This document shows, in pieces, positions 44,997 through 56,152 of a stretch of DNA of 64,000 bases. Under the pieces are notes generated by a model. The model made no database searches, was not told where the DNA came from, and saw nothing but the letters and a program-made list of their open reading frames with translations. Origin of the DNA: an uncultured Acidobacteriota bacterium (GTDB lineage Bacteria > Acidobacteriota > Blastocatellia > RBC074). How positions within the stretch are numbered: position 1 is the stretch's first letter; every line of letters starts with the position of its first letter. Both the position numbers and the translations under genes were made by a program. The DNA is taken from assembly GCA_963796275.1 (NCBI GenBank), contig CAWCKY010000001.1, positions 544,001-608,000 of the forward strand, written 5' to 3'.

Positions 44997-45119
44997 GCTG
45001 ATACGGCTGCAACCGTTGAGGACATTTGGATCTTGCGCCAAAACCGTCAGTGTTCAGTTAAGGTATGGTCTGCTGAATTGCCGGCGATTTTGGCGCAAGA
45101 ATTTTAAAGATAGATAACT

Positions 45120-46556
45120 ATGAAACTGAAAATATGGCGGCGTTCGATCCTGCCCATTTATCTCATTGTTTGCTTTACGATATTGCCGCTCAACGCGTGG
45201 CTCGAGACTCTATTTCATTCATCGATAACTCCAAACCATCTCATTCTAGTACTCGATGGGGTGCCTTACAAAACAATCGTCGAATTGCGCGCTGAAGGGC
45301 GTTTTTCGTACTTTCGCGATCCAGCACGGATGATCTCGACCTTTCCTTCATTGACTAATCCGGCGATGATCGAGATTTTGCAGACCGAGGATTCGCCGGG
45401 TTATGAGGATCATTACTACGACAAAACCCGCAATCGTCTGTTGGGTAATGTTCAAAATCGTCTGCAAGGCGAGAGATTCATTCAAGGTACATTTCGGGAA
45501 ACATTTGACTATCATGCCCCGGCTTTCAAGGGAGCATTGGCGTATGTCGCGGCTCCGATGGGCGCCATAGCAGTGGCTCAAATGGACCTGGCGGCTTTCC
45601 GCTCAGCCTTCCGGAGATCGAAGGCTCCCGTCTTCATTGGCTATATCGGTGAGACCGACACGCTGGCGCATTTGGGCGGAGAGCGTGCATTGAAACAGTT
45701 TTTGCGCACGCTCGACCGCGCGATCGAAGAATTCATCGCGGAATCGGAGGAGGATGGCGTGCGCCTGGAAGTGGAGATGTTCTCTGACCACGGCAACAAC
45801 TACGCGGAATACCGTCAGGTGAAATTGAACGACGCGATCAATCAGTCTGGGTTCGTGACTGAAAAAATGATAACGAGTGAACGAAGCGTTGTTTTGCCGA
45901 AATACGGTCTGGTCGGCTCATCGATGCTCTTTACCGCAAGTGAGAATCGGGCGCGTTTGGCCGATGTTTGCGCGGGAGTTGAGGGCGTCGATTTTGCCGT
46001 ATATCAATCGGGCGCCGATGTCATCGAACTATTGAGCAAGCGAGGGCGCGCGCGTGTGGTGCGCGACGGTGAAAATTACAAATACGAAGACCACGGCGGC
46101 GACCCGCTGGGACTCAACGACATTATGGGAGCGATGAAGGTTTGCGGTGTGATGGATAGTCAGGGGTTTGCGTCACGCGAAGATTGGTGGTGGGCGACGC
46201 GTCCACACCGTTATGCCGATCCGCTTCGACGCCTGTTCGATGGTTTCGAGAGGCATGTCAGAAATCGAGCCGATGTGATCGTCAGTTATAAAGACGGTTA
46301 TCAGCTGGGGAGCACTTTCCTGGGCTTCTTTGCGCGATTGCAGGCAACCCACGGCAATATGTTGCGGGGAGAGACCGAAGCCTTCGCTATGTCGACGCGC
46401 CAATCTCTCGGAGATTCGGTGAGAGGTTACGAATTGCGCCGCCTCTTTGGGATCGGCGATCAGCGGTCAAAGGTTGATAAATATTTCAGCGGCGGCGGGC
46501 ATTGCCGGATCGGGCCGGCGATCGCCAAGCGATTTGCGGAGATACCGGAACAGTAG
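45120..46556 (+). CDS. Alkaline phosphatase superfamily protein (nucleotide pyrophosphatase/phosphodiesterase-like)
   Basis: LVLDGV, STFPSLT, DTLAH, SDHG and HG metal/nucleophile motifs; N-terminal hydrophobic segment. Confidence 0.8.
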   Translation: MKLKIWRRSILPIYLIVCFTILPLNAWLETLFHSSITPNHLILVLDGVPYKTIVELRAEGRFSYFRDPARMISTFPSLTNPAMIEILQTEDSPGYEDHYYDKTRNRLLGNVQNRLQGERFIQGTFRETFDYHAPAFKGALAYVAAPMGAIAVAQMDLAAFRSAFRRSKAPVFIGYIGETDTLAHLGGERALKQFLRTLDRAIEEFIAESEEDGVRLEVEMFSDHGNNYAEYRQVKLNDAINQSGFVTEKMITSERSVVLPKYGLVGSSMLFTASENRARLADVCAGVEGVDFAVYQSGADVIELLSKRGRARVVRDGENYKYEDHGGDPLGLNDIMGAMKVCGVMDSQGFASREDWWWATRPHRYADPLRRLFDGFERHVRNRADVIVSYKDGYQLGSTFLGFFARLQATHGNMLRGETEAFAMSTRQSLGDSVRGYELRRLFGIGDQRSKVDKYFSGGGHCRIGPAIAKRFAEIPEQ

Positions 46557-46805
46557 CGTTCTCGATATTTGCCATCCTCAGCCAACTTCATACATAATCT
46601 TCAAAGTTTGGGCGGATCGCGCTATCATTTTAACGCGGATACGCGACTTTGGCATATCAGGATTGGCCACGGATATACAGGTAGGCAGCGGAAGCGTGGA
46701 TTCAATCTTTTGGTCCGTCGCAACGATGCGAATCCGCGGTTAATTTTATATGTGCCAGTCTTATTAGCTTTCGTCTATAAATCCAATAACACAAGGAGAG
46801 AGCGA

Positions 46806-47047
46806 ATGGCCGATAAGCGTAAATAAAAGCACAAGAAGACGCCCACAAGATCGCCGAGTGGCTCGTTCAAAACAGGACTGAGTTTGAGCACGAGGGTATA
46901 GGGGAAGCAAGAGTGACCTCGTCTGTCGGTATGCCGGAATCGGACGTGAGGTTAGCCCTGGATCATCTAGAGAATCGCGAGGAGATAGTGAGGGAAATAT
47001 GGATAACAGACTTATTATTGCAGGCCGCGAGTTTAACTCTCGTTTGA
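46806..47047 (+). pseudogene. Frameshifted small hypothetical gene (winged-helix-like), absent from the ORF track
   Basis: SD AGGAG + ATG MADKRK*. One extra A at 46821-46823 joins it to [25 protein letters not shown]...[17 protein letters not shown]; the 3' end overlaps thiG. Confidence 0.45.
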
Positions 47048-47775
47048 TTGTCGGAACTGGAAAATACCGCTCCAACGAACAGATGGTTGAGGCATTCGAA
47101 CGAAGCGGCTCGGGAATGATCACTGTCGCGGTGAGGCGAGTCAATATAACGGATCGATCACAACCCTCATTGCTCGATTTTATCGACCTGAAGAGATACG
47201 CGATCCTGCCTAACACTGCCGGTTGTTATTCTGCGGAAGAGGCTATCAGGACAGCGTTCCTGGCGCGTGAAGTCGGTCTATCCGATTGGGTTAAAGTAGA
47301 AGTCATCGGAGATCAGAAGACTCTCTTCCCAGATAACGAGGCGACGCTGGAAGCGACGACAACCTTAGTCAAAGAAGGGTTTACCGTGCTGCCCTATTTC
47401 AACGACGATCTGATTATGGCGAAGAAACTGATCGACGCGGGAGCCGCGGCGGTGATGCCGCTGGCCGCCCCGATCGGGTCGGGGATGGGTATTCAGAATC
47501 CCAACAATCTGCGCATCATGCGCGAGCAGATCGCTGAAATCCCTATCATTGTGGACGCCGGGGTGGGTACAGCCTCAGATGCCTGTCTTGCCATGGAACT
47601 GGGCATGGACGGTTTATTGATGAACACGGCGATAGCTGAAGCGGAAAATCCTGGTGAAATGGCCGAAGCCATGAAACTCGCGGTAAACGCCGGACGATTG
47701 GCTTATCTTGCCGGAAGAATGCCCAGGCGTTTGTATGCGAGCGCGAGTAGCCCGGTCGCGGGCGTGATCCGGTAA
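46999..47775 (+). CDS. thiG: Thiazole synthase
   Basis: [52 protein letters not shown]. Confidence 0.97.
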   Translation: MDNRLIIAGREFNSRLIVGTGKYRSNEQMVEAFERSGSGMITVAVRRVNITDRSQPSLLDFIDLKRYAILPNTAGCYSAEEAIRTAFLAREVGLSDWVKVEVIGDQKTLFPDNEATLEATTTLVKEGFTVLPYFNDDLIMAKKLIDAGAAAVMPLAAPIGSGMGIQNPNNLRIMREQIAEIPIIVDAGVGTASDACLAMELGMDGLLMNTAIAEAENPGEMAEAMKLAVNAGRLAYLAGRMPRRLYASASSPVAGVIR

Positions 47776-47925
47776 ATAGAAAAGTGGCTGATCCGCCTAT
47801 TTGAATACTGACCGGGAAACCGTAAAATATTCATGCACCGGCGCCCGACTCAGATTGTTATTCTTCCATCGGTGTTTGGGAGGTTCGACGAACGCTCACT
47901 TGTCTTCGATTCTTGGTGAACAGCG

Positions 47926-48684
47926 ATGACCAGCCTCTATACCATACTCGGTGTTAACAGAACCGCCACTCAGACGGAGATCAAATCCGCCTATCGCCGG
48001 CTGGCGCGCAAGTATCATCCCGATGTAAACAATGACCCATCCGCCGCCTCGAGATTCGCGCAGATCAATGACGCTTATCATACGCTCATCGATCCCGAAC
48101 GGCGTAAGGATTACGACCGTACCGGCAGGACGGTGACCACAACCGGGGAGAACAATTCTCCGCAGGCGCGTGCTGCGAGGCGCGCATACTACCAGTCTCG
48201 CGCGGATCGAATCGTAAACGAATGGCTTGAACGTGAGCGGGAAGAGACGCGTGCAAGAGGCAAAGCGGTTTACACGACAGTTACGCTTTTCTTCTCGACC
48301 TTTATGGTCGCGGTGATGAGGCCTTCAGTCTTAGAGATCAACAGTTTATTCGCGCGTATCGCTCTCGTAATCTTGTTTGCATTCGGCATCCGGCACCTGT
48401 TTAAAAGCCTGAAGGAGCATCTTGATCATTACACTTACAGACCGGAGAGGATATCGATCACTCGGACGAACAAGGCCTCGAAGCCATATAAACGCAGCGT
48501 TGCGTGGGGATTCGTCTTATCGGGTTATCTCATTTCGCTCCTCACAGGGATCCTCGTCGGAGTGCTGGCATACGGGAAGGATACGCTCGGCGATGCGGTC
48601 TTCGCTGTTCTCTTCTACCCGCCAATTGCAGTACTGATTGTGGATCTGGTTTATCGGATCAATCTGCATTTTGAAAACCTTTAA
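47926..48684 (+). CDS. J-domain membrane protein
   Basis: YTILGV...[11 protein letters not shown]...AYHTL J-domain; ~4 C-terminal TMs. Confidence 0.88.
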   Translation: MTSLYTILGVNRTATQTEIKSAYRRLARKYHPDVNNDPSAASRFAQINDAYHTLIDPERRKDYDRTGRTVTTTGENNSPQARAARRAYYQSRADRIVNEWLEREREETRARGKAVYTTVTLFFSTFMVAVMRPSVLEINSLFARIALVILFAFGIRHLFKSLKEHLDHYTYRPERISITRTNKASKPYKRSVAWGFVLSGYLISLLTGILVGVLAYGKDTLGDAVFAVLFYPPIAVLIVDLVYRINLHFENL

Positions 48685-48690
48685 TTTCCC

Positions 48691-49485
48691 TTATCTCGCT
48701 TCTTCAATCTTTACTCCTGGCGCGTCTGAAGTTTTGTTGAACCTATCCTTCAAGTAAGCGGTAATAAGCCATCCAATACATATAACGACAATCAACATCG
48801 AGAACCACTGGCCATATTTACCGTCCGGAGACCATACTTCGGTCGCAGCATGCAGTGCCTCGCTGTTAGGCAAGATGCCGGCCTCGGAAAATTCGTGGAA
48901 CGTGTAGATGGCTACCTGTACAAGGAAGAGAATGAGGAAGATGCTCGTCACCTCGAAGAAACGCTTCATATTGATCAGATGGCCGTACCGCCCCCAGGCC
49001 AGCGCGAGCACGGTCGCCGCCGCAAGCCCGGTCAGTGCACCCATAAGTAGCATGCCCTGATCTTTTATCTGCAGGAGGAGCAGCGCCGTCTCCATTCCCT
49101 CGCGCGTAATCATAAGAACCGTGAATATGAATACGCCGAGAAAAGCCATCAGGCCCGACCGCCCCGTCGTAGCAACATCCAGCTTTTCATGCATCGTCTG
49201 TTTCATCCTCGGCGCAATGCGTCGCATGTGGACGATGAGTGACGCAACCAGGACTATGGCAACCAGTCCAAGTATCCCTTCCCATAGGGCCTGCTCGACA
49301 CCTTCCGTATCCTGATTGAGCCAATAACCGATCGAGGCGCTTGCCACCAGAGCAGTCGCAATCGCCGCATAGACCGCCGAAGCGAGCCATGTCTGCCCCG
49401 TTTTTCGAAGGTAGGAAAAAATGATCGCGACGATCAGGAACGCTTCAAATCCCTCGCGCAATACGATGATAAACGCATTCAACAT
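48691..49485 (-). CDS. FTR1-family iron permease
   Basis: Two RExxE motifs (REGFE, REGME); ~7 TMs. Confidence 0.93.
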   Translation of the reverse strand: MLNAFIIVLREGFEAFLIVAIIFSYLRKTGQTWLASAVYAAIATALVASASIGYWLNQDTEGVEQALWEGILGLVAIVLVASLIVHMRRIAPRMKQTMHEKLDVATTGRSGLMAFLGVFIFTVLMITREGMETALLLLQIKDQGMLLMGALTGLAAATVLALAWGRYGHLINMKRFFEVTSIFLILFLVQVAIYTFHEFSEAGILPNSEALHAATEVWSPDGKYGQWFSMLIVVICIGWLITAYLKDRFNKTSDAPGVKIEEAR

Positions 49486-49545
49486 CGGTTAGCCTCTCTT
49501 AAAGTAATGTTAGTCCGGAGCTCATTGATAGAGATTTTAATGAAG

Positions 49546-49562
49546 TTGAAAATGATTTTCAA
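49546..49562. promoter_or_regulatory. Fur-family operator upstream of FTR1
   Basis: Perfect 8-1-8 palindrome TTGAAAAT-G-ATTTTCAA, 60 bp upstream of an iron permease. Confidence 0.75.
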
Positions 49563-49621
49563 GAAATTTACAGCCGAATGAGCATAAGTAGACGTCATAT
49601 AGTGCGTCCGTCGGGTATTTT

Positions 49622-51193
49622 CTATTTAGTATTGATAGAGCTGGTCAGGATGAAGCGGAGTTCGCCGAATCGCGTGCGTGTAGCGATATATAGGGGGACT
49701 CTGGATGGGTCGTTTGACACCCAGGCTTGCGCGATGAGCGCCTGGCCGATAAGTAAATCTATTTGCCAGCTATCGCGCGGGCCGGTTGGTCCGTCGATGG
49801 TCTCCTGCTTGACCACTTTGGTGGTTATCACGCGCGGCCGATGATTGGCATCGAGGAAGGGAAAATTATAGCTGGCGCCGGTCTTGAGGTCGGACGCGCG
49901 AACCGTGTAGAAGAGCGAGACAAGGTCGAGCGTGCCCGGACTGATCGGTATCACCGTTCCGGTCGAAAGGGCAGCCGTATTATTGATCGAGTTATATGTT
50001 GCTGAGACCTGTTTGATGCGTTTTCCCTCGCGCAGTCGCAGATGGGTCAGCACGGGTGTGAGTTTATCGATGAGCGCGAAGCTGCTCAATTGATCATTAA
50101 CATTGATGAGCGTCTGTGCTGCGCCTCTGCTCGTGGCCTCGCCATAAAGTTCGAATACCCGGTTTCCTCCGAGCATCCCCTGTTGACGTACTTCAAAGCT
50201 AGCTTTACCGACGGAAGCGAAATTGCCCCAGGCTATCTCGTAGTTGAGCTTTTCGCCGATGACGAATGGCAAGTAAGCTTCGCGGCCGTGCTTTCCATTG
50301 GTGCCGTTTACCCCGGAGCTGCCTGATTCATCCGTCAGGAGTTTCAGGGTAGCGAGAGCCGGCGCTGGCCTGGTTGTGATCGTCGCGCTGGCAAGCTCCG
50401 CCCGCAAATCGCCCATTGGAAGCTTGGCTGCGAGCAGTACCGGTAGCTTCTTATTGTCGTCCGTTAGCCAGAGCGTGGTGCGGAACTTACTGAATCTCTT
50501 CTGCGGCGAAAGCTTGATGCAGATCGTATTGAAGGTCCCCGCCTGTGTGGTTATTCGCTCACGAGCTTTGACTTCGACATCGATTTCGACGATCTCTTTC
50601 CCGTAAATCGCGCTCAGCTTTATTCGCTCGCCCTGTGGAAGCGGTCGTAAACGCAAACCATAGAGAATTGAGGGGAGATCGTAAATTCCAGCCGGTACCG
50701 TGAGTTTTGTCCCGTCCGTATAGGTTGCCAGCTGCTCCGCTTGATCGAGAATGACGGTCTCATCGCTCTGCTTTTGCCCTTCTCGTGTCAGGTAGACTAA
50801 CCGGAACGGAATCGCGTTATTCGAATTGATATAGGTAGTATATTGATTATCGACCAGTGCAAATAGAGAACGGACGCGCCCCGTCGTTTCGACTTTGGTT
50901 TTAATTTGAAAACTCTCTTGTCCGAAAAACTGCCCCTGCTCGGCAACCTCCATCTCAAGGCGCGCCGCACTCGGGAAATTCAACCACGTCACATTAAATA
51001 AAAGACGCTCACCAACCCCGAAGGGAGCATTGTCTGCCGCCGTTGCAGCCGTTGCTGCCGGTGGCGTTGACGGTTTGGGTGGAGGAGTGAGACCGCCCGT
51101 TTGCTGAGCGTATAGCTTCAAGCCAAGGCTTATGGCGCCTATGGCAACCAATCCAATAACTAAAAATTGACGAACCGATCTCAGAGATAACAT
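49622..51193 (-). CDS. Tandem DUF3108 domain secreted protein
   Basis: Two PF.VGE.L.Y/F.V/I.W repeats, DL.S..Y..R, TLWLTDD..KLP and AWVSND...VP motifs. Confidence 0.82.
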   Translation of the reverse strand: MLSLRSVRQFLVIGLVAIGAISLGLKLYAQQTGGLTPPPKPSTPPAATAATAADNAPFGVGERLLFNVTWLNFPSAARLEMEVAEQGQFFGQESFQIKTKVETTGRVRSLFALVDNQYTTYINSNNAIPFRLVYLTREGQKQSDETVILDQAEQLATYTDGTKLTVPAGIYDLPSILYGLRLRPLPQGERIKLSAIYGKEIVEIDVEVKARERITTQAGTFNTICIKLSPQKRFSKFRTTLWLTDDNKKLPVLLAAKLPMGDLRAELASATITTRPAPALATLKLLTDESGSSGVNGTNGKHGREAYLPFVIGEKLNYEIAWGNFASVGKASFEVRQQGMLGGNRVFELYGEATSRGAAQTLINVNDQLSSFALIDKLTPVLTHLRLREGKRIKQVSATYNSINNTAALSTGTVIPISPGTLDLVSLFYTVRASDLKTGASYNFPFLDANHRPRVITTKVVKQETIDGPTGPRDSWQIDLLIGQALIAQAWVSNDPSRVPLYIATRTRFGELRFILTSSINTK

Positions 51194-51292
51194 GAAAAAT
51201 TTATTTTGCCTAACTGCGGAAAATAACGGCGATTAAGATAAGGACGCCGTGGGCGGACTTATCAATAACGTTCGTCGCGGCTTTCTGTTCAA

Positions 51293-52048
51293 TTACTTCT
51301 TGATTAAACTTTTTCTGAGGATTTCCGGCTCAATCTCCGCCAGAATGTTTTGGGCCGCCTTCAACGGATCATCGGCCGCCGTAACCGGCCGTCCTACAAC
51401 CAGATAATCCGCTCCCGCGCGTATAGCTTCAGCCGGTGTCATGACGCGGCTCTGATCATTTTGAGCCGCGCCTGCCGGTCGGACTCCCGGTGTGAGGATG
51501 ACAAACTCGGGACTTTTGGTTTTATTTCTTATAGGGATAATTTCCTGGGGCGAGGCGACTACGCCGTCGACCGCCGAAGCTTCGCATAACTGTGCCAGGC
51601 TCACGACTTCGTCTTCGAGCTTGCGCTCAATCCCCACTTCATTCAAAGAGGCTTGCGTGTGACTCGTCAGGACAGTCACCCCGAGTATCAAAGGACGATC
51701 GAGCTTTTCACGTGCTGCCGTTTCGTTGATGGCTTCGACGGCCGCCTTCATCATTTGTGATCCGCCGAGCGCGTGCAGGTTGAATATGCTTACTCCCAAT
51801 CGCATCGCTTCAACACCTGCCTGAGCTACAGTGGTGGGGATGTCGTGAAATTTCAGATCTAGAAATACACGTTCTCCCATCGCGATGATCTTCCGCACAA
51901 CGTCAGGTCCGGCCGCAGTGAAAAGCCGTTTGCCGACTTTGAACATTCCTGCCAAGCCATTCAGGCGTTCGACCAGGCTCAATGCCTGGCTGGCAGAATC
52001 GACATCGAGAGCGATTACAATCGGATTATGGATTCGCGAGTCACTCAT
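51293..52048 (-). CDS. pyrF: Orotidine-5'-phosphate decarboxylase
   Basis: IALD, FKVG, FLDLKFHDIPTT, VTVLTS, TPGVRP, VVGRP. Confidence 0.97.
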   Translation of the reverse strand: MSDSRIHNPIVIALDVDSASQALSLVERLNGLAGMFKVGKRLFTAAGPDVVRKIIAMGERVFLDLKFHDIPTTVAQAGVEAMRLGVSIFNLHALGGSQMMKAAVEAINETAAREKLDRPLILGVTVLTSHTQASLNEVGIERKLEDEVVSLAQLCEASAVDGVVASPQEIIPIRNKTKSPEFVILTPGVRPAGAAQNDQSRVMTPAEAIRAGADYLVVGRPVTAADDPLKAAQNILAEIEPEILRKSLIKK

Positions 52049-52124
52049 ACAATTCTACGGACGGAATTCGAAGACCGAAGTCGCTTATAAACTGACCGCC
52101 CTCTCCCGTCTCCCGTATGTGTTC

Positions 52125-53021
52125 CTATTGCATATTGAGCTCCAGCAATGTTGCGGGATCAACATAAATCCCCTGCCATCTCACTCCGACGTGGAGATGC
52201 GGGCCAGTCACTCTTCCGGTGGCTCCGCTGTATCCCACGATTTGACTTCTTTTGACGCGATCGCCCTCTTTCACATTTATATCGGAGAGATGCATGTACA
52301 GAGTCGCGAGACCGCATCCGTGGTCGATTACGACAAATCCGCCTTCATAAAACAGGTCGCGGGCAATGATCACTCGCCCGCTATTCATGGCCTTGACGGG
52401 AGTCCCGATATCGGCGCGAAAATCGAGGCCTTGATGGACGCTCTGCCGGACTCCATTGAAGGTTCGCTCAGTGCCGAATCGCTCGGTTATCACATTATCG
52501 ACCGGATTAACGAAACGTCCGGACCACAAATATTTCGCCGAGGTATGATCAAATAGCTCGCTCTTTAATGCCCTCTCTTGAACGATACGATCCAGCATCT
52601 CATCGTCAGGTTCCGTGTACTTGCGGGGAACTCTGAGGTCGATCGTGCGGTAATCCGTATCGCCTACCGTGACGAAGTGGCTTGAGGATATTCGCTTGCC
52701 GCTCGCTAATTTTGATTCAAGTTTGAGTTTGTGCTTCCCGGAAACCGTATCAATGCCTATGCCGGCGAAACCGTACCACGTCCTGCTCTTGGCGTCAAAA
52801 TGGAAAAACACGCGGCGTCTTTGCCAGAGACCGGTGAGCGATCTCAAGTTTCTTGATGCCCTAACCCGAAAAAGGCAGGGCGAGCCATTGACCAAGGCTC
52901 TTGGTGTCCAATTCACCGATAACACGGACGATGATCGAGTTTGCCTCGCTTCAGCCATACCCGTATGCGTCGCGAGCAGCAGAATCGAGAGTAGAAGCAT
53001 TTTTTTAAAGGCGCTCTTCAT
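52125..53021 (-). CDS. M23 family metallopeptidase
   Basis: HQGLD, IDHG, YMHLS, TGPHLH; signal peptide. Confidence 0.93.
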   Translation of the reverse strand: MKSAFKKMLLLSILLLATHTGMAEARQTRSSSVLSVNWTPRALVNGSPCLFRVRASRNLRSLTGLWQRRRVFFHFDAKSRTWYGFAGIGIDTVSGKHKLKLESKLASGKRISSSHFVTVGDTDYRTIDLRVPRKYTEPDDEMLDRIVQERALKSELFDHTSAKYLWSGRFVNPVDNVITERFGTERTFNGVRQSVHQGLDFRADIGTPVKAMNSGRVIIARDLFYEGGFVVIDHGCGLATLYMHLSDINVKEGDRVKRSQIVGYSGATGRVTGPHLHVGVRWQGIYVDPATLLELNMQ

Positions 53022-53947
53022 AGCTCAACAGTTCCGACCAATGCGCTGATATTCTCCAATCTGTTGCGCAAACAATAGTCAGCCAGTCCGTCGATGATCT
53101 TCATTGATACGGTCGGGTCGTAGAAATTGGCTGTGCCGACCTGTACCGCGACGGCTCCCGCAATTATAAATTCGAGCGCGTCTTCAGTCGTCGCAATTCC
53201 GCCAATCCCCATCAACGGTATCTTGACGGCGCGGAACGCCTGAAAGATGCACCGGACTGCTATCGGTTTGATGGCGGGCCCGGATAACCCCCCTGTGATA
53301 TTTGCCAGTCTGGGCCGCCGCGTGTTGATGTCAATCGACATGCCGACGGCCGTATTGATCAGCGACAATGCGTCGGCGCCGGCATCTTCGACTGCCCGCG
53401 CGATGGACGCAACATCCGTAACGTTAGGCGAAAGCTTAACGATGACTGGACGGCTCGATGCCCGTTTGACCGCTGCCGTCACCTCGGCCGCCTGCCGCGC
53501 ATCATTGGCGAAACTTTCACCCCCGGCTTTCACATTCGGGCACGAGATATTCAGCTCATAACCATCGATGCCCTCGCCGTCTTCGAGTATTTCGATGGCT
53601 TCAATGTACTCGTCGACCGTGTAACCGAAGACATTCGGAATGATGCGCAGGTCATACCTGCGCAATGCCGGAAGCTTCTCTTCAATGAACGCCCGCGCTC
53701 CGATATTTTGCAAACCGATCGCGTTGAGCATCCCACCGTGAGTCTCAACAATGCGCCAGGGCGCGTTGCCGCGCATCGGCTCCGCCGACAGCCCTTTCGT
53801 GCAGACTCCGCCAAGCCGGTTGAGATCGATCAAATCCGCCATATCCAGGCCGTATCCGCACGTCCCGCTGGCGGTCAGCACGGGGTTATTGAACCGTATG
53901 CCCGCTATTTCCATGGAAAGCAATTCCGGTTGCGGGTTGTTATCCAT
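53018..53947 (-). CDS. pyrD: Dihydroorotate dehydrogenase class 1B, catalytic subunit
   Basis: [39 protein letters not shown]. Confidence 0.96.
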   Translation of the reverse strand: MDNNPQPELLSMEIAGIRFNNPVLTASGTCGYGLDMADLIDLNRLGGVCTKGLSAEPMRGNAPWRIVETHGGMLNAIGLQNIGARAFIEEKLPALRRYDLRIIPNVFGYTVDEYIEAIEILEDGEGIDGYELNISCPNVKAGGESFANDARQAAEVTAAVKRASSRPVIVKLSPNVTDVASIARAVEDAGADALSLINTAVGMSIDINTRRPRLANITGGLSGPAIKPIAVRCIFQAFRAVKIPLMGIGGIATTEDALEFIIAGAVAVQVGTANFYDPTVSMKIIDGLADYCLRNRLENISALVGTVEL

Positions 53948-54061
53948 CTCGACGACTCCCACTGGTCATTGGCTTTTGCATAATGATCATAGGCCTTGCC
54001 ATCTATGGAATGGGGATCGGAGAACAAAGGGCAAATCACGTTGGATGGTCGTCAATCTATA

Positions 54062-54472
54062 TCATTTCGAAATCTGATCGGCAAATTTTAGTAAAAAACG
54101 TTTGTCTTTGAGATATGTGAGGCGATCTACTGCCTCGCGGATTGTGAGCCATTCGCAACTTTCTATCTCATCTGTCGGCACAAAGTTCGATTCTCCCAGA
54201 GCCTCCATATGCCAGTAGAAGACAACTTTCGGTCTATCCCTGACGAGATATTTGGTGAACCCCGCGAAACCGATGATAAAGGTTTCGTATCCGGTCTCTT
54301 CCCACACTTCGCGCTGCGCCGCTACATCCCAACCCTCGCCATCGTCGATATGTCCCTTGGGAAATTTCCAGCCCCGATCGTTGCGGCTCCGGATCAGCAG
54401 GACTTCTCTGCCGTCCTGGGTATTTCTCCAAACGATCCCGCCTGCGCAGTAAATGATATCCTGACTCATCAT
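54062..54472 (-). CDS. NUDIX hydrolase
   Basis: AGGIV, WKFPKGH...[11 protein letters not shown] Nudix box. Confidence 0.92.
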   Translation of the reverse strand: MMSQDIIYCAGGIVWRNTQDGREVLLIRSRNDRGWKFPKGHIDDGEGWDVAAQREVWEETGYETFIIGFAGFTKYLVRDRPKVVFYWHMEALGESNFVPTDEIESCEWLTIREAVDRLTYLKDKRFLLKFADQISK

Positions 54473-54481
54473 AGTATCTAG

Positions 54482-55297
54482 TCACCAGTGAAGTTCATCG
54501 CTCCGGAACACAGGCCCGTCTGTACAGACCTTCTTGTAAACGAACCCTTCGGGGCAATCGGCCTTGACGGCGACTGCGCATCCTACACAGATGCCGAAAC
54601 CGCACGCCATTGGTGACTCGAGCGATAGTTCGGCGGGGATCGCGTGTTGATCGGCGATCTGGGAGACGCGATGCAACATCGCGTCGGGACCGCAGGCATA
54701 GATGATCATCGGATCGCCGCGATGCGACTCCAGATATTTTTCCAGCGGAATAGTGACAAAACCCATCTCACCATAGCTTCCATCTACGGTCGCCCCTACC
54801 ACTCGATCGATCGATAGCAGATCGATAAAATCATTGATCCCGCAAAGATCGCCACGATTTGCGCCGCCGATGAAAAGCCTGGTCCGTGTTGCGCGCGCAG
54901 CCAATTCTTCCGCCAGCATAAACAACGCGGCCGAGCCGACGCCGCCGGCCACCAGCAGAGCCTCGCGCCCGCGCGCGGCCTCGATGTCGTATGTGTTACC
55001 GAGGGACCCGAGAAAATCGACACCATCGCCAGGCTTCAGTGTACCCAGCATATGTGTGCCTCGCCCGAGAACCTGATAGATGAATTCGACGATTCGCGCG
55101 TCGTTCACCAGCTCGCTCCTGTAATAAGCCATCGCGCGGCGCAGCAGCGGTTCGTAATGCCCGTGAGGTTTGATCATCGCGAACTGCCCCGGTAATACGG
55201 GAATCGGCGGGTCGATCCGCAACCGCAGCTGTCTATAATTCCGCGAGGCAGACGCGATGGCAGCATTGCTTTCAACAGTGGCAATCGTATCGATCAT
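54482..55297 (-). CDS. pyrK: Dihydroorotate dehydrogenase electron-transfer subunit
   Basis: [31 protein letters not shown]...C.DGPVF [2Fe-2S] motif. Confidence 0.93.
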   Translation of the reverse strand: MIDTIATVESNAAIASASRNYRQLRLRIDPPIPVLPGQFAMIKPHGHYEPLLRRAMAYYRSELVNDARIVEFIYQVLGRGTHMLGTLKPGDGVDFLGSLGNTYDIEAARGREALLVAGGVGSAALFMLAEELAARATRTRLFIGGANRGDLCGINDFIDLLSIDRVVGATVDGSYGEMGFVTIPLEKYLESHRGDPMIIYACGPDAMLHRVSQIADQHAIPAELSLESPMACGFGICVGCAVAVKADCPEGFVYKKVCTDGPVFRSDELHW

Positions 55298-55460
55298 TGG
55301 CGGCATTCTTTTTATATATTCATAAAGAGGTAAGCCAAAGTTTAGCAGGAAGTAGACCGGAATGTAACGGAGGTGTTATATTCCAGTCTCACTCAAGCAT
55401 CAATAAATATGATCTGGCAAATACATCCGGACAGAGTGCCGGCATCTCCGGGAGTGCGAA

Positions 55461-56006
55461 ATGGACTTCGTTGAAAAAGCCTGTGTCATGACAGACGCGG
55501 ATATGGCCCGTGTGCTGGCACGGATGGCGACACAAATAGTGGAAAACAATCCTGATCTGTCAAACGTGATGTTGGTGGGTATCCGGCGCCGCGGAGTGCC
55601 GCTGGCTTCACGCCTCGCCCATAAGATCAGGGAGATGGACGGTGTGCAGGTGGTCACCGGCGCTCTCGATATAACGCTTTATCGCGATGACCTGAGCACC
55701 GTCGGTGATCGACCGGTCGTCAACAGGACAGACCTGCCGGCGAATATTACGGGAAAAACTATTATCCTGGTGGACGATGTGCTTTATACCGGCCGGACGG
55801 TGCGCGCCGCGCTTGACGAGTTAATCGACTTCGGTCGCCCACGCCGTGTCCAGCTGTGCGCCCTGATCGATCGCGGCTGGCGCGAATTGCCCATTCAGGC
55901 CGATTATGTCGGGAAATTTGTCACCACGACTGAAAATGAGATCATAAAAGTTATGTTGCCGGAGTTCGATGAGAAGGAACAGGTGTTGTTAGTCGAACCC
56001 AATTAA
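55461..56006 (+). CDS. pyrR: Bifunctional pyr regulator / uracil phosphoribosyltransferase
   Basis: [41 protein letters not shown]. Confidence 0.96.
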   Translation: MDFVEKACVMTDADMARVLARMATQIVENNPDLSNVMLVGIRRRGVPLASRLAHKIREMDGVQVVTGALDITLYRDDLSTVGDRPVVNRTDLPANITGKTIILVDDVLYTGRTVRAALDELIDFGRPRRVQLCALIDRGWRELPIQADYVGKFVTTTENEIIKVMLPEFDEKEQVLLVEPN

Positions 56007-56152
56007 TTGCGTATTGCCATGCATACATCAGAAAAACGTAAAAAAGACCGCACAAAACACAAAATATGCCATTTGTGCTTCGCGGTACCTTGCACGATTT
56101 TTGTGGTGAATCGCTCGGCGATCCGCAATCTGTAATCCGCAATTTCTTAAGA

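Noticed and set aside
46570-46998. Expected TPP riboswitch upstream of thiG
   Set aside because: No CUGAGA or ACCUGA...AGGGA core; the hairpins present look REP-like (ATCCGCG-type).
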